Assembly (NCBI GenBank): GCA_041663005.1
Contig: JBAZRK010000002.1
Location: 128,740-192,739, forward strand
Origin: Minisyncoccota bacterium
Lineage (GTDB): Bacteria; Patescibacteriota; Minisyncoccia; Phycocordibacterales; UBA9973
Direction: 5' to 3'
DNA length: 64,000 bases
A program made the translations under genes and the position numbers. Below the pieces are notes generated by a model, which was given only the letters and a program-made list of their open reading frames with translations, ran no database searches and had not been told where the DNA came from. Shown piece by piece: positions 1 through 10,377 of this stretch; the stretch's first letter is position 1, and every line of letters begins with the position of its first letter.

Positions 1-2
1 CC

Positions 3-128
3 GTCATATCACAAGGGCTAGGGCGTTGTGGTATTAACTCTGTACAGCTAGGAACTGAGGAAGTGGTAGAAGTTCTTTATAAAGTTTTTAACCCCGGAGA
101 GTTGGAAGGTAAAATTAAAGTAGCATAA
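3..128 (+). CDS. 3' end of conserved protein upstream of VirB4-like ATPase (partial)
   Basis: Open frame ...VQLGTEEVVEVLYKVFNPGELEGKIKVA* ending 4 nt before the VirB4 ATG; truncated by window edge. Confidence 0.7.
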   Translation, partial: VISQGLGRCGINSVQLGTEEVVEVLYKVFNPGELEGKIKVA

Positions 129-132
129 CATT

Positions 133-1977
133 ATGTCATTTTTTGATAAATTATTAGGAAAAAAGGAATCTAAGGGCGAAGAAGAAACAGCTGCTTCGAC
201 ATTGGCAGTCTTGCCAGAGCAAATTTATGAATCGGGAAATTTGGAACTCCAGGACATAATTGCTCCTTCCGCGCTAAAGATAGAGCCAAAGGCCTTAAAC
301 CTTGGGGAGAAAATTGCCCGCACATTTTTTATAATTTCTTATCCGCGATTCTTGTCTGACAACTGGTTTTCGCCCATTATAAACCTCGATAAGGTTTTTG
401 ACATTTCAATTTTTATACACCCGATAGATACCTCCCTTGCCCTGCGTCAATTTCAGAAAAAGGTTGCCGAAGTGCAAAGCCAGATAAGCGTCCGCGAAGG
501 GAAAGGCATGGTGCGTGATCCTATGCTCGACACAGCGTATCAAGATCTCGAAAGTTTACGTGACAGCTTAATCCAGGCCCAAGAAAAGATGTTTGATATC
601 GGTGTGTACATAACCATTTATGCCGACAACGAGCTTGAGCTGTTCAAGGTAGAAAGTGAAGTAAAGTCTATTCTAGAATCCAAGCTTATTTACATCAAGC
701 CTGCGTTATTCCAACAAGTGGAGGGTTTCAAAAGTGTAATCCCGATAAATACCGACCTTTTGGGGATTACCCAGAAACTCAATTCTGAACCCTTGTCGAG
801 TATCTTTCCCTTTATATCTTTTGACCTAACTTCAGATAAAGGAATTCTCTACGGAATTAACCGACATAACTCCAGTATGGTTATTTTCGATCGTTTTTCT
901 CTGGAAAACTATAACTCAGTCACTTTCGCCAAATCCGGTTCGGGTAAATCTTACGCCACCAAGCTAGAAATCCTTCGGTCGCTTATGTTCGATACGGATG
1001 TTATTGTTATCGATCCCGAAAGAGAGTATGAATTCCTTTCAGAAACAGTGGGTGGAAGATATTTCAATATCTCTCTTTCTTCCGATCACCACATAAATCC
1101 TTTCGACCTGCCTATCCCGCGTGAAGACGAAACCGCAGAAGATGTTTTGCGTTCCAACATCATAAACCTGGTGGGATTGTTCCGCTTGATGTTAGGCGGG
1201 CTTTCGCCGGAAGAAGACTCAATGGTAGACCGTGCAATTTCGGAAACTTACGCAATGAAAGACATAACGCCGGAGTCAGACTTCTCGAATATCGACCCCC
1301 CGCTTCTTTCGGACTTTGAAATGGTACTCTCGGGTATGGACGGCAGCGACTCTGTGGTGCAGAGATTGGTGAAGTACACCCGCGGCTCCTGGGCCACGTT
1401 TCTAAATCGACCCTCAAACGTAGACATAAATAAAAAGTTCGTCGTTTTCTCCGTGCGAGATATGGAAGACGAGCTTAAGCCTATCGCAATGTATATCATT
1501 ATGCATTATATTTGGAACACTATCAGGAAAAATTTGAAGAAGCGCATCTTGGTAGTCGACGAGGCTTGGTGGATGATGAAGTCCGAAGATACCGCCTCTT
1601 TCCTTTACTCTATCGCTAAACGAGGGAGAAAATATTACTTGGGCCTTTCGACAATAACTCAAGACGCCGCCGACTTTATGAAATCTCCTTATGGGGTGCC
1701 CATAATCACAAACTCCTCCATCCAGCTCTTACTTAAACAATCCCCAACAACCATCGACATTCTCCAGCAAACCTTTAACCTAACCGACGAGGAAAAATAC
1801 CTCCTACTTGAGTCCAATGTAGGGGAGGGAATATTCTTCGCCGGGTTAAAGCATGTGGCTATAAAAATAGTGGCCTCTTATACCGAAGACCAAATCATCA
1901 CTTCTGACCCTTCGCAAATCCTTTCTAACAAAAAAGCGAAACAGGACGAGGAGAAAGCGGAATTGGCTAAGAAGTAA
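133..1977 (+). CDS. VirB4/TraC-like type IV secretion ATPase
   Basis: Walker A AKSGSGKS, IDPEREY, HINPFD, Walker B ILVVDEAW, KRGRKY, ITQD motifs. Confidence 0.9.
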   Translation: MSFFDKLLGKKESKGEEETAASTLAVLPEQIYESGNLELQDIIAPSALKIEPKALNLGEKIARTFFIISYPRFLSDNWFSPIINLDKVFDISIFIHPIDTSLALRQFQKKVAEVQSQISVREGKGMVRDPMLDTAYQDLESLRDSLIQAQEKMFDIGVYITIYADNELELFKVESEVKSILESKLIYIKPALFQQVEGFKSVIPINTDLLGITQKLNSEPLSSIFPFISFDLTSDKGILYGINRHNSSMVIFDRFSLENYNSVTFAKSGSGKSYATKLEILRSLMFDTDVIVIDPEREYEFLSETVGGRYFNISLSSDHHINPFDLPIPREDETAEDVLRSNIINLVGLFRLMLGGLSPEEDSMVDRAISETYAMKDITPESDFSNIDPPLLSDFEMVLSGMDGSDSVVQRLVKYTRGSWATFLNRPSNVDINKKFVVFSVRDMEDELKPIAMYIIMHYIWNTIRKNLKKRILVVDEAWWMMKSEDTASFLYSIAKRGRKYYLGLSTITQDAADFMKSPYGVPIITNSSIQLLLKQSPTTIDILQQTFNLTDEEKYLLLESNVGEGIFFAGLKHVAIKIVASYTEDQIITSDPSQILSNKKAKQDEEKAELAKK

Positions 1978-2031
1978 GTAGGCTATTAGGCCCTAGGCAA
2001 CTAGGCATTAGCTTTGGTATAATACTTTATA

Positions 2032-2997
2032 ATGAGATTAAGGATCTTTTTTCTGCTTCTAATATTTTTGCTCCCTATGACGGCTGGAGCGATCTCCCCG
2101 TCAAGTATTTTAGTAAACGTCTCTCCAGAAAATCCTGCGCCGGATGAAAGTGTTTATATTTCTTTAAACAGCTATGCTGCCAACCTTGACAGTGTGGCCA
2201 TATCTTGGCTCGTAAATGGAAAAACTGTGTCTTCGGGCATTGGTAAAAAGTCCCTCACGGTAACGGCGCCTGGCGCTGGGCAAGAAATGCGCATTTCTAC
2301 TAGCATCGCCTTCGCTGATGGCAAAGTGGATAAAAATATAGTTTTGCGTCCGGCGGTTATGGCCCTTATCTGGCAAGCCAATGATGCCTACGTCCCCCCT
2401 TTCTATAAAGGCAAGGCGCTCCCTACAACAGGGAGCGATATAAAGATTGTGGCTATGCCTGAGCTAAAGAGCGGTTCGCAGCCCGTAAATATCAAAAATA
2501 TGGTTTATGCTTGGAAGAAAGATTACAACAATGACCAAGGAGCCTCAGGTTATGGTAAAAATTTCTATATTTTCACCAATGACTACCTCGAGGACTCCAA
2601 TGTAGTGAGCGTCGTTGCTTCCACCACAGACCAGAAGTACTCTTCCGCAGGGGAGATAACTGTCGGTATCTTCGAACCTAAAATTTTATTTTACAAAAAT
2701 GATGCTTCGCTCGGGACCCTCTGGGAACACGCCCTCGCTGACGGTCACCGCATAAACGGCGAAGAAATTCTCGAGGCAGCTCCTTACTATATCTCGCCTG
2801 AAGATATCCGCCTTCCTTCCCTTACCTGGGACTGGTCCATAAATGGTACTTATGTTGGCGTTTCAAGCTTAAAGAAAAATGCGCTTCCGGTTAAAGCTAA
2901 CCCTGGCGCATCTGGCACCTCGCGCATAAAAGTGGAAATAAATAATAAATACAAATTATTCACTTCGGCCGAAAAGGAGCTCGACGTGCAATTTTAA
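2032..2997 (+). CDS. secreted hypothetical protein, beta-rich (Ig-like)
   Basis: Signal peptide; 321 aa ORF in VirB4 cluster. Confidence 0.75.
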   Translation: MRLRIFFLLLIFLLPMTAGAISPSSILVNVSPENPAPDESVYISLNSYAANLDSVAISWLVNGKTVSSGIGKKSLTVTAPGAGQEMRISTSIAFADGKVDKNIVLRPAVMALIWQANDAYVPPFYKGKALPTTGSDIKIVAMPELKSGSQPVNIKNMVYAWKKDYNNDQGASGYGKNFYIFTNDYLEDSNVVSVVASTTDQKYSSAGEITVGIFEPKILFYKNDASLGTLWEHALADGHRINGEEILEAAPYYISPEDIRLPSLTWDWSINGTYVGVSSLKKNALPVKANPGASGTSRIKVEINNKYKLFTSAEKELDVQF

Positions 2998-2999
2998 TT

Positions 3000-4001
3000 A
3001 TGAAAAAAATTTTATTTTACATTTTAATACTTACCACTTTAACCTTTTCTGTCTCGTCAAACATTTTCGCAGCTACTGTGTGCCAAGAAGGAACGGTCCC
3101 TTCCCCAGACGGCAACTCCTGTGTCCCAGCGCCCACCCCTGTCTCTCCCACAACATATCAGCTTTTATCTCCACTACCTTGCCCAGATGGCGCTGCGGGT
3201 TGTTCGGGAACTAAACTTGAAAGTTTTGATACTGCCTTAGATAAAAACGCGGGTTTGGCGCCATATTTAAACACGATGATAAAGATCTTCATCGGCATTT
3301 GCGCCGTGTTGGCTGTGGTGATGATAGTAATAGGTGGCTTGGAATATATGACTAGCGAGCTCCCCAGCAACAAAGAAGGTGGTAAAAATAGAATCACTCA
3401 AGCTGTGTTCGGCCTTATTCTCGCACTTGTCGCCTGGCTAATACTCTACACCATCAACCCAGCTCTCCTCGATGCGGATTTGAAAAACGTGGGGACTGCC
3501 ACGGTGACGGTCACTTTAGACGAAAAGATTAAAATATATTCTGGTGGAGGAACCTGTGAACCTATCACAACGGGTCTATGTAGCCCGGAAAATTTAGCTG
3601 GAGCTGGTTTTGCGAATGGCACACAGGCTTCGTCTATATGTAAAGGGGAAAGTAATGGGAACGCTAGTTTGCAAAGCGAGGTAGATAAATGTAAAGACGG
3701 AAACTCTTTTTCTTTTGGTTTATTTCAAGTAAATGTCATCGCCCATGCAAATGAAATTCCTGGTGGGGTGTGTAGTGGTATATTTGAAGTAAGCGGCGGA
3801 GGGACTCAAGGTGCCTGTATGCCGGGAAAAAGCAAGAATGGTATATGTTTTGAACGAGACTGTAGTGTAAAAAACCCCACCAAATACCAATCGTGCATAA
3901 ATTACATAAACAACCCTGCCAACAACATAGCTTATGCAAAAAATTTGCAAGCGGCGCGAGGGTGGGGGCAGTGGGGCGCCAATGCCTCATGTCATTTTTA
4001 A
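3000..4001 (+). CDS. VirB2/TrbC-like pilin domain fused to C-terminal lysozyme-like (lytic transglycosylase) domain
   Basis: Two hydrophobic helices with GGLEYMTS...GKNRITQAVFGL...INP pilin pattern; C-terminal ICKGESNG...SFGLFQVN...NPANNI...WGQW. Confidence 0.7.
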   Translation: MKKILFYILILTTLTFSVSSNIFAATVCQEGTVPSPDGNSCVPAPTPVSPTTYQLLSPLPCPDGAAGCSGTKLESFDTALDKNAGLAPYLNTMIKIFIGICAVLAVVMIVIGGLEYMTSELPSNKEGGKNRITQAVFGLILALVAWLILYTINPALLDADLKNVGTATVTVTLDEKIKIYSGGGTCEPITTGLCSPENLAGAGFANGTQASSICKGESNGNASLQSEVDKCKDGNSFSFGLFQVNVIAHANEIPGGVCSGIFEVSGGGTQGACMPGKSKNGICFERDCSVKNPTKYQSCINYINNPANNIAYAKNLQAARGWGQWGANASCHF

Positions 4002-4008
4002 TTATTTT

Positions 4009-5343
4009 ATGTCAAAAAGAAATTTTACACTTCTAATAATCGTCCTGGTAATCGTTGTTGCGGTACTTTTCGGATTTTTATTTTATAAAAACGCGCCAGT
4101 CGCTCCCGGGGAAGAACCGGGGGGCACAAACTTTTTCTCACAATTTAATCCTTTCAGTAATAACGACAGCACTACGCCTGACGTCACTCCTCCGCCTACC
4201 GACATTTCAGATTACGTGCCTCCAGAAGAAGAAACCAACTTATCACTTCTTAAGGTCTCCAGTATGCCTGTGGCAGGGTACACAGTCTTCCAGAAAGAAA
4301 GATTTAAGGAGGTGCCTGTAGTAGCTCCTAGCGCAATGGAAGGGGAAGGAGCTCTCCCTGCCCCTGTTCCAACAAAACCAACCCCGCCACAGACAGAATT
4401 TGTGCCCGCGCTTAGATATGTGGACCGCGCTACCGGGAATATTTATCAAACTTTCGCAGATAAAATTGAGGAGCGTAAATTCTCAGTCACAGTAATTCCT
4501 AAAGTGTATGAGGCAGTGTTCGGAAACGGGGGAGAGGCTGTAGTAATGAGATATGTTAAAGGCGATGGAAAAAGTATAGAAACTTTCTTCGGCAAACTGC
4601 CAAAGGAAATTCTTGGTGGGGACAGCACGGGAGAGAACGAAGTGCGAGGAACTTTCCTCCCCGCTAATATTACCGACCTCAGCCTCACCGCCGATGGTAA
4701 AAATTTGTTTTATCTTTTTGATTCCGGAGAAACAACCATAGGCACAACCCTTGACCTCACTACGGAGAAAAAAGCTCAGATTTTTGACTCCGCTTTCAAT
4801 GAATGGCTCCCTCTTTGGCCTAATAGCAAACTCATAACACTTACAACCAAGCCTTCATACCTAGCCCCAGGATATATGTATAAGTTAGATACGGGCACCA
4901 AGGGCTTTAGCCAGATTTTGGCAGACATAACTGGACTTACGACACTTACTAGCCCTGATGGAAAAAAGGTTTTGTATGCGAACAATACTCTAGCCTTAAA
5001 TATTTACCACACGGACACCAAAGTTTCCGAATCTCTCGGCGTCAGAACCCTGCCTGAGAAATGTGTCTGGGGTAAAGATAGTCTTGTTATTTATTGTGCT
5101 GCGCCGAAAATGGTAACAGGAGCAAACTATCCAGACATATGGTATCAGGGAGAAACATCCTTTGATGATCAAATTTGGAAAATAGAAGTAGAGACTGGAA
5201 GTGCCTCTATCCTCCTTGACCCAGCCAGTACTACGGCAGGAGAAAACGTAGACGGCATTAAGCTCTCTCTTGACCAAGGAGAAAAATATTTATTTTTCGT
5301 AAACAAAAAAGACTCTTTCTTGTGGAAATTCGATTTGGAATAG
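4009..5343 (+). CDS. membrane-anchored hypothetical protein, probable beta-propeller
   Basis: ATG at 4009 (MSKRNFTLL), N-terminal TM, Pro-rich linker, SPDGKK-type repeats. Confidence 0.7.
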   Translation: MSKRNFTLLIIVLVIVVAVLFGFLFYKNAPVAPGEEPGGTNFFSQFNPFSNNDSTTPDVTPPPTDISDYVPPEEETNLSLLKVSSMPVAGYTVFQKERFKEVPVVAPSAMEGEGALPAPVPTKPTPPQTEFVPALRYVDRATGNIYQTFADKIEERKFSVTVIPKVYEAVFGNGGEAVVMRYVKGDGKSIETFFGKLPKEILGGDSTGENEVRGTFLPANITDLSLTADGKNLFYLFDSGETTIGTTLDLTTEKKAQIFDSAFNEWLPLWPNSKLITLTTKPSYLAPGYMYKLDTGTKGFSQILADITGLTTLTSPDGKKVLYANNTLALNIYHTDTKVSESLGVRTLPEKCVWGKDSLVIYCAAPKMVTGANYPDIWYQGETSFDDQIWKIEVETGSASILLDPASTTAGENVDGIKLSLDQGEKYLFFVNKKDSFLWKFDLE

Positions 5344-5348
5344 TAAAC

Positions 5349-5831
5349 TTATTTCAGTTCTCCTATATACTTGATTACAACCCGGCGTGAGTTGCCGGTA
5401 CCGATAGATTCTGTTTCGAGGTCTCGCGCTTCGGACAAAAATTCGTGAACAATTCTGCGCTCAAAGGCCGTCATCGGGTCAACTTCTATATTTGATTTAA
5501 AGTATCTTGCTCGCTCGGACATCATATGCGCTACGGCACGAATACTGTCGATGTGTTTCTTTTGGAAACCGTTGATATCTACTAAAATTCCCATTCTCTC
5601 GGGATTCGCTTCCCTCTTGGCATAATTGCGAGCCTCAACAATTCGGTGCACGAGGTGATTTAAGGCGTGGAGCCCTTCCGCATCGCGACCGATGAAGAGA
5701 TGTGGTTCATTTACTTCAACTGAAATCCACACGTTGCCCGGCTTTTCTTCGATAACAGAAATTTCCCGTGGTTCTCCTGCGGTTTTTTCTATCAAGTCCT
5801 TTATTAAATTGCGTATTTCGCTTGTGTCCAT
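5349..5831 (-). CDS. Jag/KhpB-like KH + R3H RNA-binding protein
   Basis: IGRDAEGLHAL KH motif, ERRIVH R3H motif; downstream of yidC. Confidence 0.85.
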   Translation of the reverse strand: MDTSEIRNLIKDLIEKTAGEPREISVIEEKPGNVWISVEVNEPHLFIGRDAEGLHALNHLVHRIVEARNYAKREANPERMGILVDINGFQKKHIDSIRAVAHMMSERARYFKSNIEVDPMTAFERRIVHEFLSEARDLETESIGTGNSRRVVIKYIGELK

Positions 5832-5833
5832 TT

Positions 5834-6565
5834 CTAAATATGTTGATCCGGCTTACTAAACTCTTTTCTTTTGACATAAATCTGTTGCCCCGCCATAAAG
5901 ACGTTGCTCGTAATCCAGTAAAGCGCCACGGCTCCGGAAATACTGTAGGCGATGAAAGCTACAATGAAAGGGAAGATATATTTCATCTGCAGGTGCATAC
6001 TCTTGGCAAAGCTGTCAGAGAACGAACCCGAGTTCGAAGAACTGGTAGGGGTGGGTTTAGGCATAAAGTGAGCTTGTAGGTATTGTGAAACTCCCGCTAA
6101 AATGGCAAGAACCACACTTTTGCCAGCAATATCAAGCACCCCTAAAAACATCATATTAGCATGCTCGGGTACTGGGATGAATGAATACAAGTAACCGTTC
6201 TGGAAACTTATTCCTCGAGAAAATACGTAATACAAAGCGAAAATTATAGGGATTTGCACCAGAACCAGGAGACAACCGGAAAATGGGTTAACTTTATGTT
6301 TCTTATATAGTTCAAAGGTAAGCTTGGCCTGCTCTTCCTTAGAAGCTCCGCTAGTCTTTATTTTACTGAGCTCGGGCTGAAGCATATTCATTTCAGCCTG
6401 GCTTTCAATAGAGCGGTGCGAAAGCGGAAGGAGAATGAGCTTTACGATAATGGTTAAGATTATAACCGCAAGACCGACGTCTCCGCCGGGGATAACTGAA
6501 ACCAAGAACGCTAGGGCATTTAATAATGGCTCATACAAAACTGTGTTCCAGATGTTTGAAATCAT
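5834..6565 (-). CDS. yidC: membrane protein insertase YidC
   Basis: NPFSGCLLVLVQIPI, ALYWITSN; rpmH-rnpA-yidD-yidC synteny. Confidence 0.95.
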   Translation of the reverse strand: MISNIWNTVLYEPLLNALAFLVSVIPGGDVGLAVIILTIIVKLILLPLSHRSIESQAEMNMLQPELSKIKTSGASKEEQAKLTFELYKKHKVNPFSGCLLVLVQIPIIFALYYVFSRGISFQNGYLYSFIPVPEHANMMFLGVLDIAGKSVVLAILAGVSQYLQAHFMPKPTPTSSSNSGSFSDSFAKSMHLQMKYIFPFIVAFIAYSISGAVALYWITSNVFMAGQQIYVKRKEFSKPDQHI

Positions 6566-6641
6566 AGTCTCATCTTATCTCAAAATCTCAAAAAGTCCAC
6601 CCAGTGGTATATTTTTATCCTTTTTTAGTGCTCTTCTAATT

Positions 6642-6857
6642 CTACCTGAGCGGGTCCATATGGTTTTTCTGCCAGGGGTGACAGCGTAAGATACGGAAAA
6701 ATCCCAGACGGGTTCCTTTGAGTGTCCCATATTTTTCTACGGCTTGTTTGGTGTACTCCGAGCAGGTGGGGTAGAAAACGCAAGCTGGTCGAAAAAGAGG
6801 GGAGATGTACTTCTGGTATAAACTAATTAATTTTACTGAGTATCGTCTCAATTTCAT
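6642..6857 (-). CDS. yidD: membrane protein insertion efficiency factor YidD
   Basis: YQKYISP...CVFYPTCSEY...RILRCHPW. Confidence 0.95.
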   Translation of the reverse strand: MKLRRYSVKLISLYQKYISPLFRPACVFYPTCSEYTKQAVEKYGTLKGTRLGFFRILRCHPWQKNHMDPLR

Positions 6858-7146
6858 TTTTTAACGTTTCGTTGTTGTCTTGATATTTCTTAAACACGAA
6901 TGCCCCAGTAAGACCCTTTGGGAGCTTTTTCTCCTGCTTGCTTAAGGCCAAATACCCCAACCGGCGCAAGGCATTTCTTTTAACAGCAAGCTTAGCCGTA
7001 CTTTTCGGCACAATAAAAGAAATTCGCGGCTCGCCCCCCGCTACTTTTGTATACTTGAAACTCAAAGAAGGGGAATTTAAGAATCTTCCCTCTTTAAATA
7101 TTCGATCTATGGCCTTTTTGTCGGCCCTATTCTTCTTAGGAAGCAT
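6823..7146 (-). CDS. rnpA: ribonuclease P protein component
   Basis: MLPKKNR start, AVKRNALRR motif, synteny. Confidence 0.93.
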   Translation of the reverse strand: MLPKKNRADKKAIDRIFKEGRFLNSPSLSFKYTKVAGGEPRISFIVPKSTAKLAVKRNALRRLGYLALSKQEKKLPKGLTGAFVFKKYQDNNETLKNEIETILSKIN

Positions 7147-7158
7147 TAGCTATGAGAG

Positions 7159-7293
7159 CTAGACAGAAAGTCGCGCTCGGCCCTTTCTCCTCCGCTTTAC
7201 CAATACCTTCTTGCCGGTCTTAGTTCGGGAACGCACCAGAAAACCGTGCGATCTTGCCCTTTTCCTCTTTTTGGGTTGATATGTTTGCGACAT
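7159..7293 (-). CDS. rpmH: 50S ribosomal protein L34
   Basis: Manual translation [44 protein letters not shown]; below ORF-track cutoff. Confidence 0.95.
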   Translation of the reverse strand: MSQTYQPKKRKRARSHGFLVRSRTKTGKKVLVKRRRKGRARLSV

Positions 7294-7341
7294 ATATAAG
7301 AGTGTATAATAAAAAAAGCCGTAAGGCAACTGGTGTGTCTT

Positions 7342-7350
7342 TTATCCACA
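7342..7350 (+). promoter_or_regulatory. DnaA box upstream of dnaA
   Basis: Perfect TTATCCACA between rpmH and dnaA. Confidence 0.85.
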
Positions 7351-7417
7351 GTTTATTAACACAGTTAATAAGTCGGGAAGAGTGCCGTTTGATTTATAAA
7401 TAGTATAATACTGACCT

Positions 7418-8761
7418 ATGAATACAAAGCAGTTGTGGAAGAATTGCCTGCTCCAGATAGAGGCGAGCATGTCAAAAGCAAATTTCAGCACCTGGTTTAA
7501 AAACACATCTATTGTAAAAGAGGAAACGGGGATAATTTACATTGGCGTACCTAACGAATTTGTCCGCGATTGGTTAATGAACAAATACCATAAGCTCATT
7601 ACTAAGACCATCGCCGACGCTTATGAAAATATGCGTGCGGTTGAGTACACTATAACCAAAATAGAGGTAGAAAAAGAGTCTTCTACGGCCCCAGTGAGTG
7701 AGACCACTGAGAGGGAGCTGCCTTTAAAGGATTTATACATCAATCCGGACGATAATTTGAACCCGAGGTACCATTTTAACTCTTTTATCGTGGGTGCTTT
7801 CAATGAGTTGGCGTATGCGGCATCTCAAGCGATCATTGATTCTCCTGGAACGAAGTATAATCCGTTTTTCATTTACGGAGGCACAGGACTCGGGAAGACT
7901 CATATGATCCAAGCCGTTGGAAACTCCATCAAAGATAAATATCCGAACAAGAAAGTTCACTATATGACCCTGGAGAAATTCGCCACCGACTTCATAAACG
8001 CCCTCCAGAACAACAAAGCGAACTCTTTCAAAGAAAAATATCGAAAATACGACCTTTTGATTATCGACGACATTCAATTTATTGGTAAAATGGAAAAAAT
8101 TCAGGAAGAACTCTTTCACACCTTCAATACTTTCCATGAAAGCAACAAGCAAATAATATTTTCTTCAGACAAACATCCTAATTACATCCCAGAGCTTGCC
8201 GACAGGCTAAAGTCTCGGTTTGCGGCGGGGATGATAGTTGATATTTCTGAACCAGAGTATGAGTCCCGCCTGGCAATCCTAAAAGTTAAACTGCGCGACC
8301 TAAATATTGACCTAGAGCAGGAAGTTGTGGAGTATATAGCTGGGGTTGTTCAAGGTAATATCAGAGAATTAGAGGGGAGCTTAAACCTGGTAGTAATGCA
8401 GTATCGCCTTAAAAACAAGCCTTTAACTGTTATTGAGGTTAAAAACCTACTTAAAAACAACATGCGTCCAAAGAAAAACATCGCCATTAAGGATGTTGTG
8501 AAGATTGTGAGTGATTATTATAAACTTGAGGAGGCTTCTGTTTATGAAAAAACTCGAAAAAAGGAGATTGTGAAGGCGCGCCAGGTGGTTATGTATTTAC
8601 TGAGAGAAGATTTTAATGTTTCCTACCCATTAATAGGACAAAAGTTGGGGGGTAAGGACCATACAACAGTTATTCATTCTTGTTTAAAAATAAAAACAGA
8701 TTTAAAGAGCGACCCACAACTACTTCAAGAGTTGGAACAAATAAGAATTATGTTTAAATAG
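7418..8761 (+). CDS. dnaA: chromosomal replication initiator DnaA
   Basis: YNPFFIYGGTGLGKTH, IDDIQF, GNIRELEG, KDHTTVIH. Confidence 0.98.
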   Translation: MNTKQLWKNCLLQIEASMSKANFSTWFKNTSIVKEETGIIYIGVPNEFVRDWLMNKYHKLITKTIADAYENMRAVEYTITKIEVEKESSTAPVSETTERELPLKDLYINPDDNLNPRYHFNSFIVGAFNELAYAASQAIIDSPGTKYNPFFIYGGTGLGKTHMIQAVGNSIKDKYPNKKVHYMTLEKFATDFINALQNNKANSFKEKYRKYDLLIIDDIQFIGKMEKIQEELFHTFNTFHESNKQIIFSSDKHPNYIPELADRLKSRFAAGMIVDISEPEYESRLAILKVKLRDLNIDLEQEVVEYIAGVVQGNIRELEGSLNLVVMQYRLKNKPLTVIEVKNLLKNNMRPKKNIAIKDVVKIVSDYYKLEEASVYEKTRKKEIVKARQVVMYLLREDFNVSYPLIGQKLGGKDHTTVIHSCLKIKTDLKSDPQLLQELEQIRIMFK

Positions 8762-8998
8762 CTGTGGGTAAGTTAAGAAAAACATACTAACAACTTTCAT
8801 TTCAATTGTTAATAAAAAATGATAATTAAATTAAGATAATATTAAAAGATAAATATTACTAAAAATTAAAGAAGGTTGTTAGTTAAAAATAAGATTAAAA
8901 TTTTACAAAATAACCATATAAAGTAATATTGAAAAATTTTATCCACTTATAAACACAACTAGTATTACTAATAATTTAAATATATAAAATATAAACAT
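8762..8998. other. probable oriC (AT-rich unwinding region with DnaA-box variants)
   Basis: Very AT-rich dnaA-dnaN spacer; TGTGGGTAA at 8763-8771 and TTATCCACT at 8939-8947. Confidence 0.8.
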
Positions 8999-10096
8999 AT
9001 GAAAATTGAATGCTCTGTTGAAAAAATTAAAAATGCAATTTACCAAACCGAAAGGGTTACAGGTAAAAATCTAACCCTGCCAGTTTTAAGTTCTATCCTT
9101 TTAATCGCTTCGGGGAAATCTTTAAAATTACGAGCCACAAATTTAAGTATTGGTATTGAAATAGAAATCCCAGCAAAAATTGAAAAAGAAGGAATTTTAG
9201 CAGTTTCTGGGTCGGTTTTAAATGCGGTCTTCTCTAACTTACCTACTAATGATAATGTTTTCCTGGAGGAAAAGAATGGTAATTTGTCGGTTAAAACAAA
9301 AAAGAGCCAAATAATACTCAAAGGGCAATCCCATGAAGATTTCCCAACTATACCATCTGTATCTGGATCAAATTTTGAAATAGATTCCAAAAAATTTACA
9401 GAAGGAATAAAATCTGTGTATTATAGCTCCTCGGTTTCAGATATAAAGCCAGAAATATCCAGTGTGTTTATGTATACCAATGATGATGGCTTGGTGTTTG
9501 TTTCCACTGATTCGTTCCGCTTAGCAGAGAAAAAAATAAAAGCGAAGGGGATTGAAGAAATACCTGGAATTATAATCCCATTTAAAAATGTAGTTGAAAT
9601 TTTACGAGTATTCGGGGATGCAAGTGGTGTTATTAAGGTGTGTTTTAATAAAAACCAAATATCATTTTCTTCCGATAATATATACCTAACCTCTCGGATT
9701 ATTGATGGAATTTTCCCCGATTATCGACAAATATTACCTAAAGATACTTCTACGGAGATAGTGGTTTTGAAGCAAGACTTGCTTAACGCCCTAAAATTAT
9801 CAAATGTATTTTCTGATAAATTTAATCAAGTAAACTTTTCCGCCGACCCGAAACAGAAAATTCTTGAACTATCCTCTACTAATAATGATGTGGGTGAGAA
9901 CAAAACCCGATTAGACGCAGTGTTGAAAGGGGAAGGGGTGGAACTAGGCTTCAATTATAAATACTTCTTAGATTGCTTCCAATCTATTACAACCGATAGT
10001 GTTTCAATAAAAATGTCCGGCGGCAGCAAGCCAATGGTTATAACCCCGGTTTCTGACACATCCTTCACATACCTCATAATGCCAATGAATAGGTAG
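8999..10096 (+). CDS. dnaN: DNA polymerase III beta clamp
   Basis: STDSFRLA, GIFPDYRQI, C-terminal LIMPM; follows dnaA. Confidence 0.97.
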   Translation: MKIECSVEKIKNAIYQTERVTGKNLTLPVLSSILLIASGKSLKLRATNLSIGIEIEIPAKIEKEGILAVSGSVLNAVFSNLPTNDNVFLEEKNGNLSVKTKKSQIILKGQSHEDFPTIPSVSGSNFEIDSKKFTEGIKSVYYSSSVSDIKPEISSVFMYTNDDGLVFVSTDSFRLAEKKIKAKGIEEIPGIIIPFKNVVEILRVFGDASGVIKVCFNKNQISFSSDNIYLTSRIIDGIFPDYRQILPKDTSTEIVVLKQDLLNALKLSNVFSDKFNQVNFSADPKQKILELSSTNNDVGENKTRLDAVLKGEGVELGFNYKYFLDCFQSITTDSVSIKMSGGSKPMVITPVSDTSFTYLIMPMNR

Positions 10097-10116
10097 GGTT
10101 CGAAGAAATTTAAATT

Positions 10117-10377
10117 ATGATAGAGATAAAAAACCTACTCGAAAGATTCTCGAGCATAATTCTCTCCGAAGAGAACAAGAGAGAGTCGGTTCGTAGGGCA
10201 GTTTCGGAAACACTCCACATGGAGATAAAAAGTGAGGATGTAAAAATAAAAAACAGTGTTATTTATTTAAACATAAAACCCATCTACAAAAACGAAGTTT
10301 TAATGAAGCGGGAGCAAATTTTTAAAAGGCTGCAAGAGCTATTTTTAGGGAAAAATCCACCACTTGAAATAAGGTAA
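10117..10377 (+). CDS. hypothetical protein (possibly DciA/DUF721-like)
   Basis: 86 aa ORF directly after dnaN; family guess from position and size only. Confidence 0.6.
   Translation: MIEIKNLLERFSSIILSEENKRESVRRAVSETLHMEIKSEDVKIKNSVIYLNIKPIYKNEVLMKREQIFKRLQELFLGKNPPLEIR

Noticed and set aside
1979-2012. Short TAGGC repeats (4-5 units)
   Set aside because: Too short and irregular for CRISPR or iterons; function unsupported
133-5343. Integrative conjugative element
   Set aside because: No relaxase, integrase or att sites in window; composition like core genes
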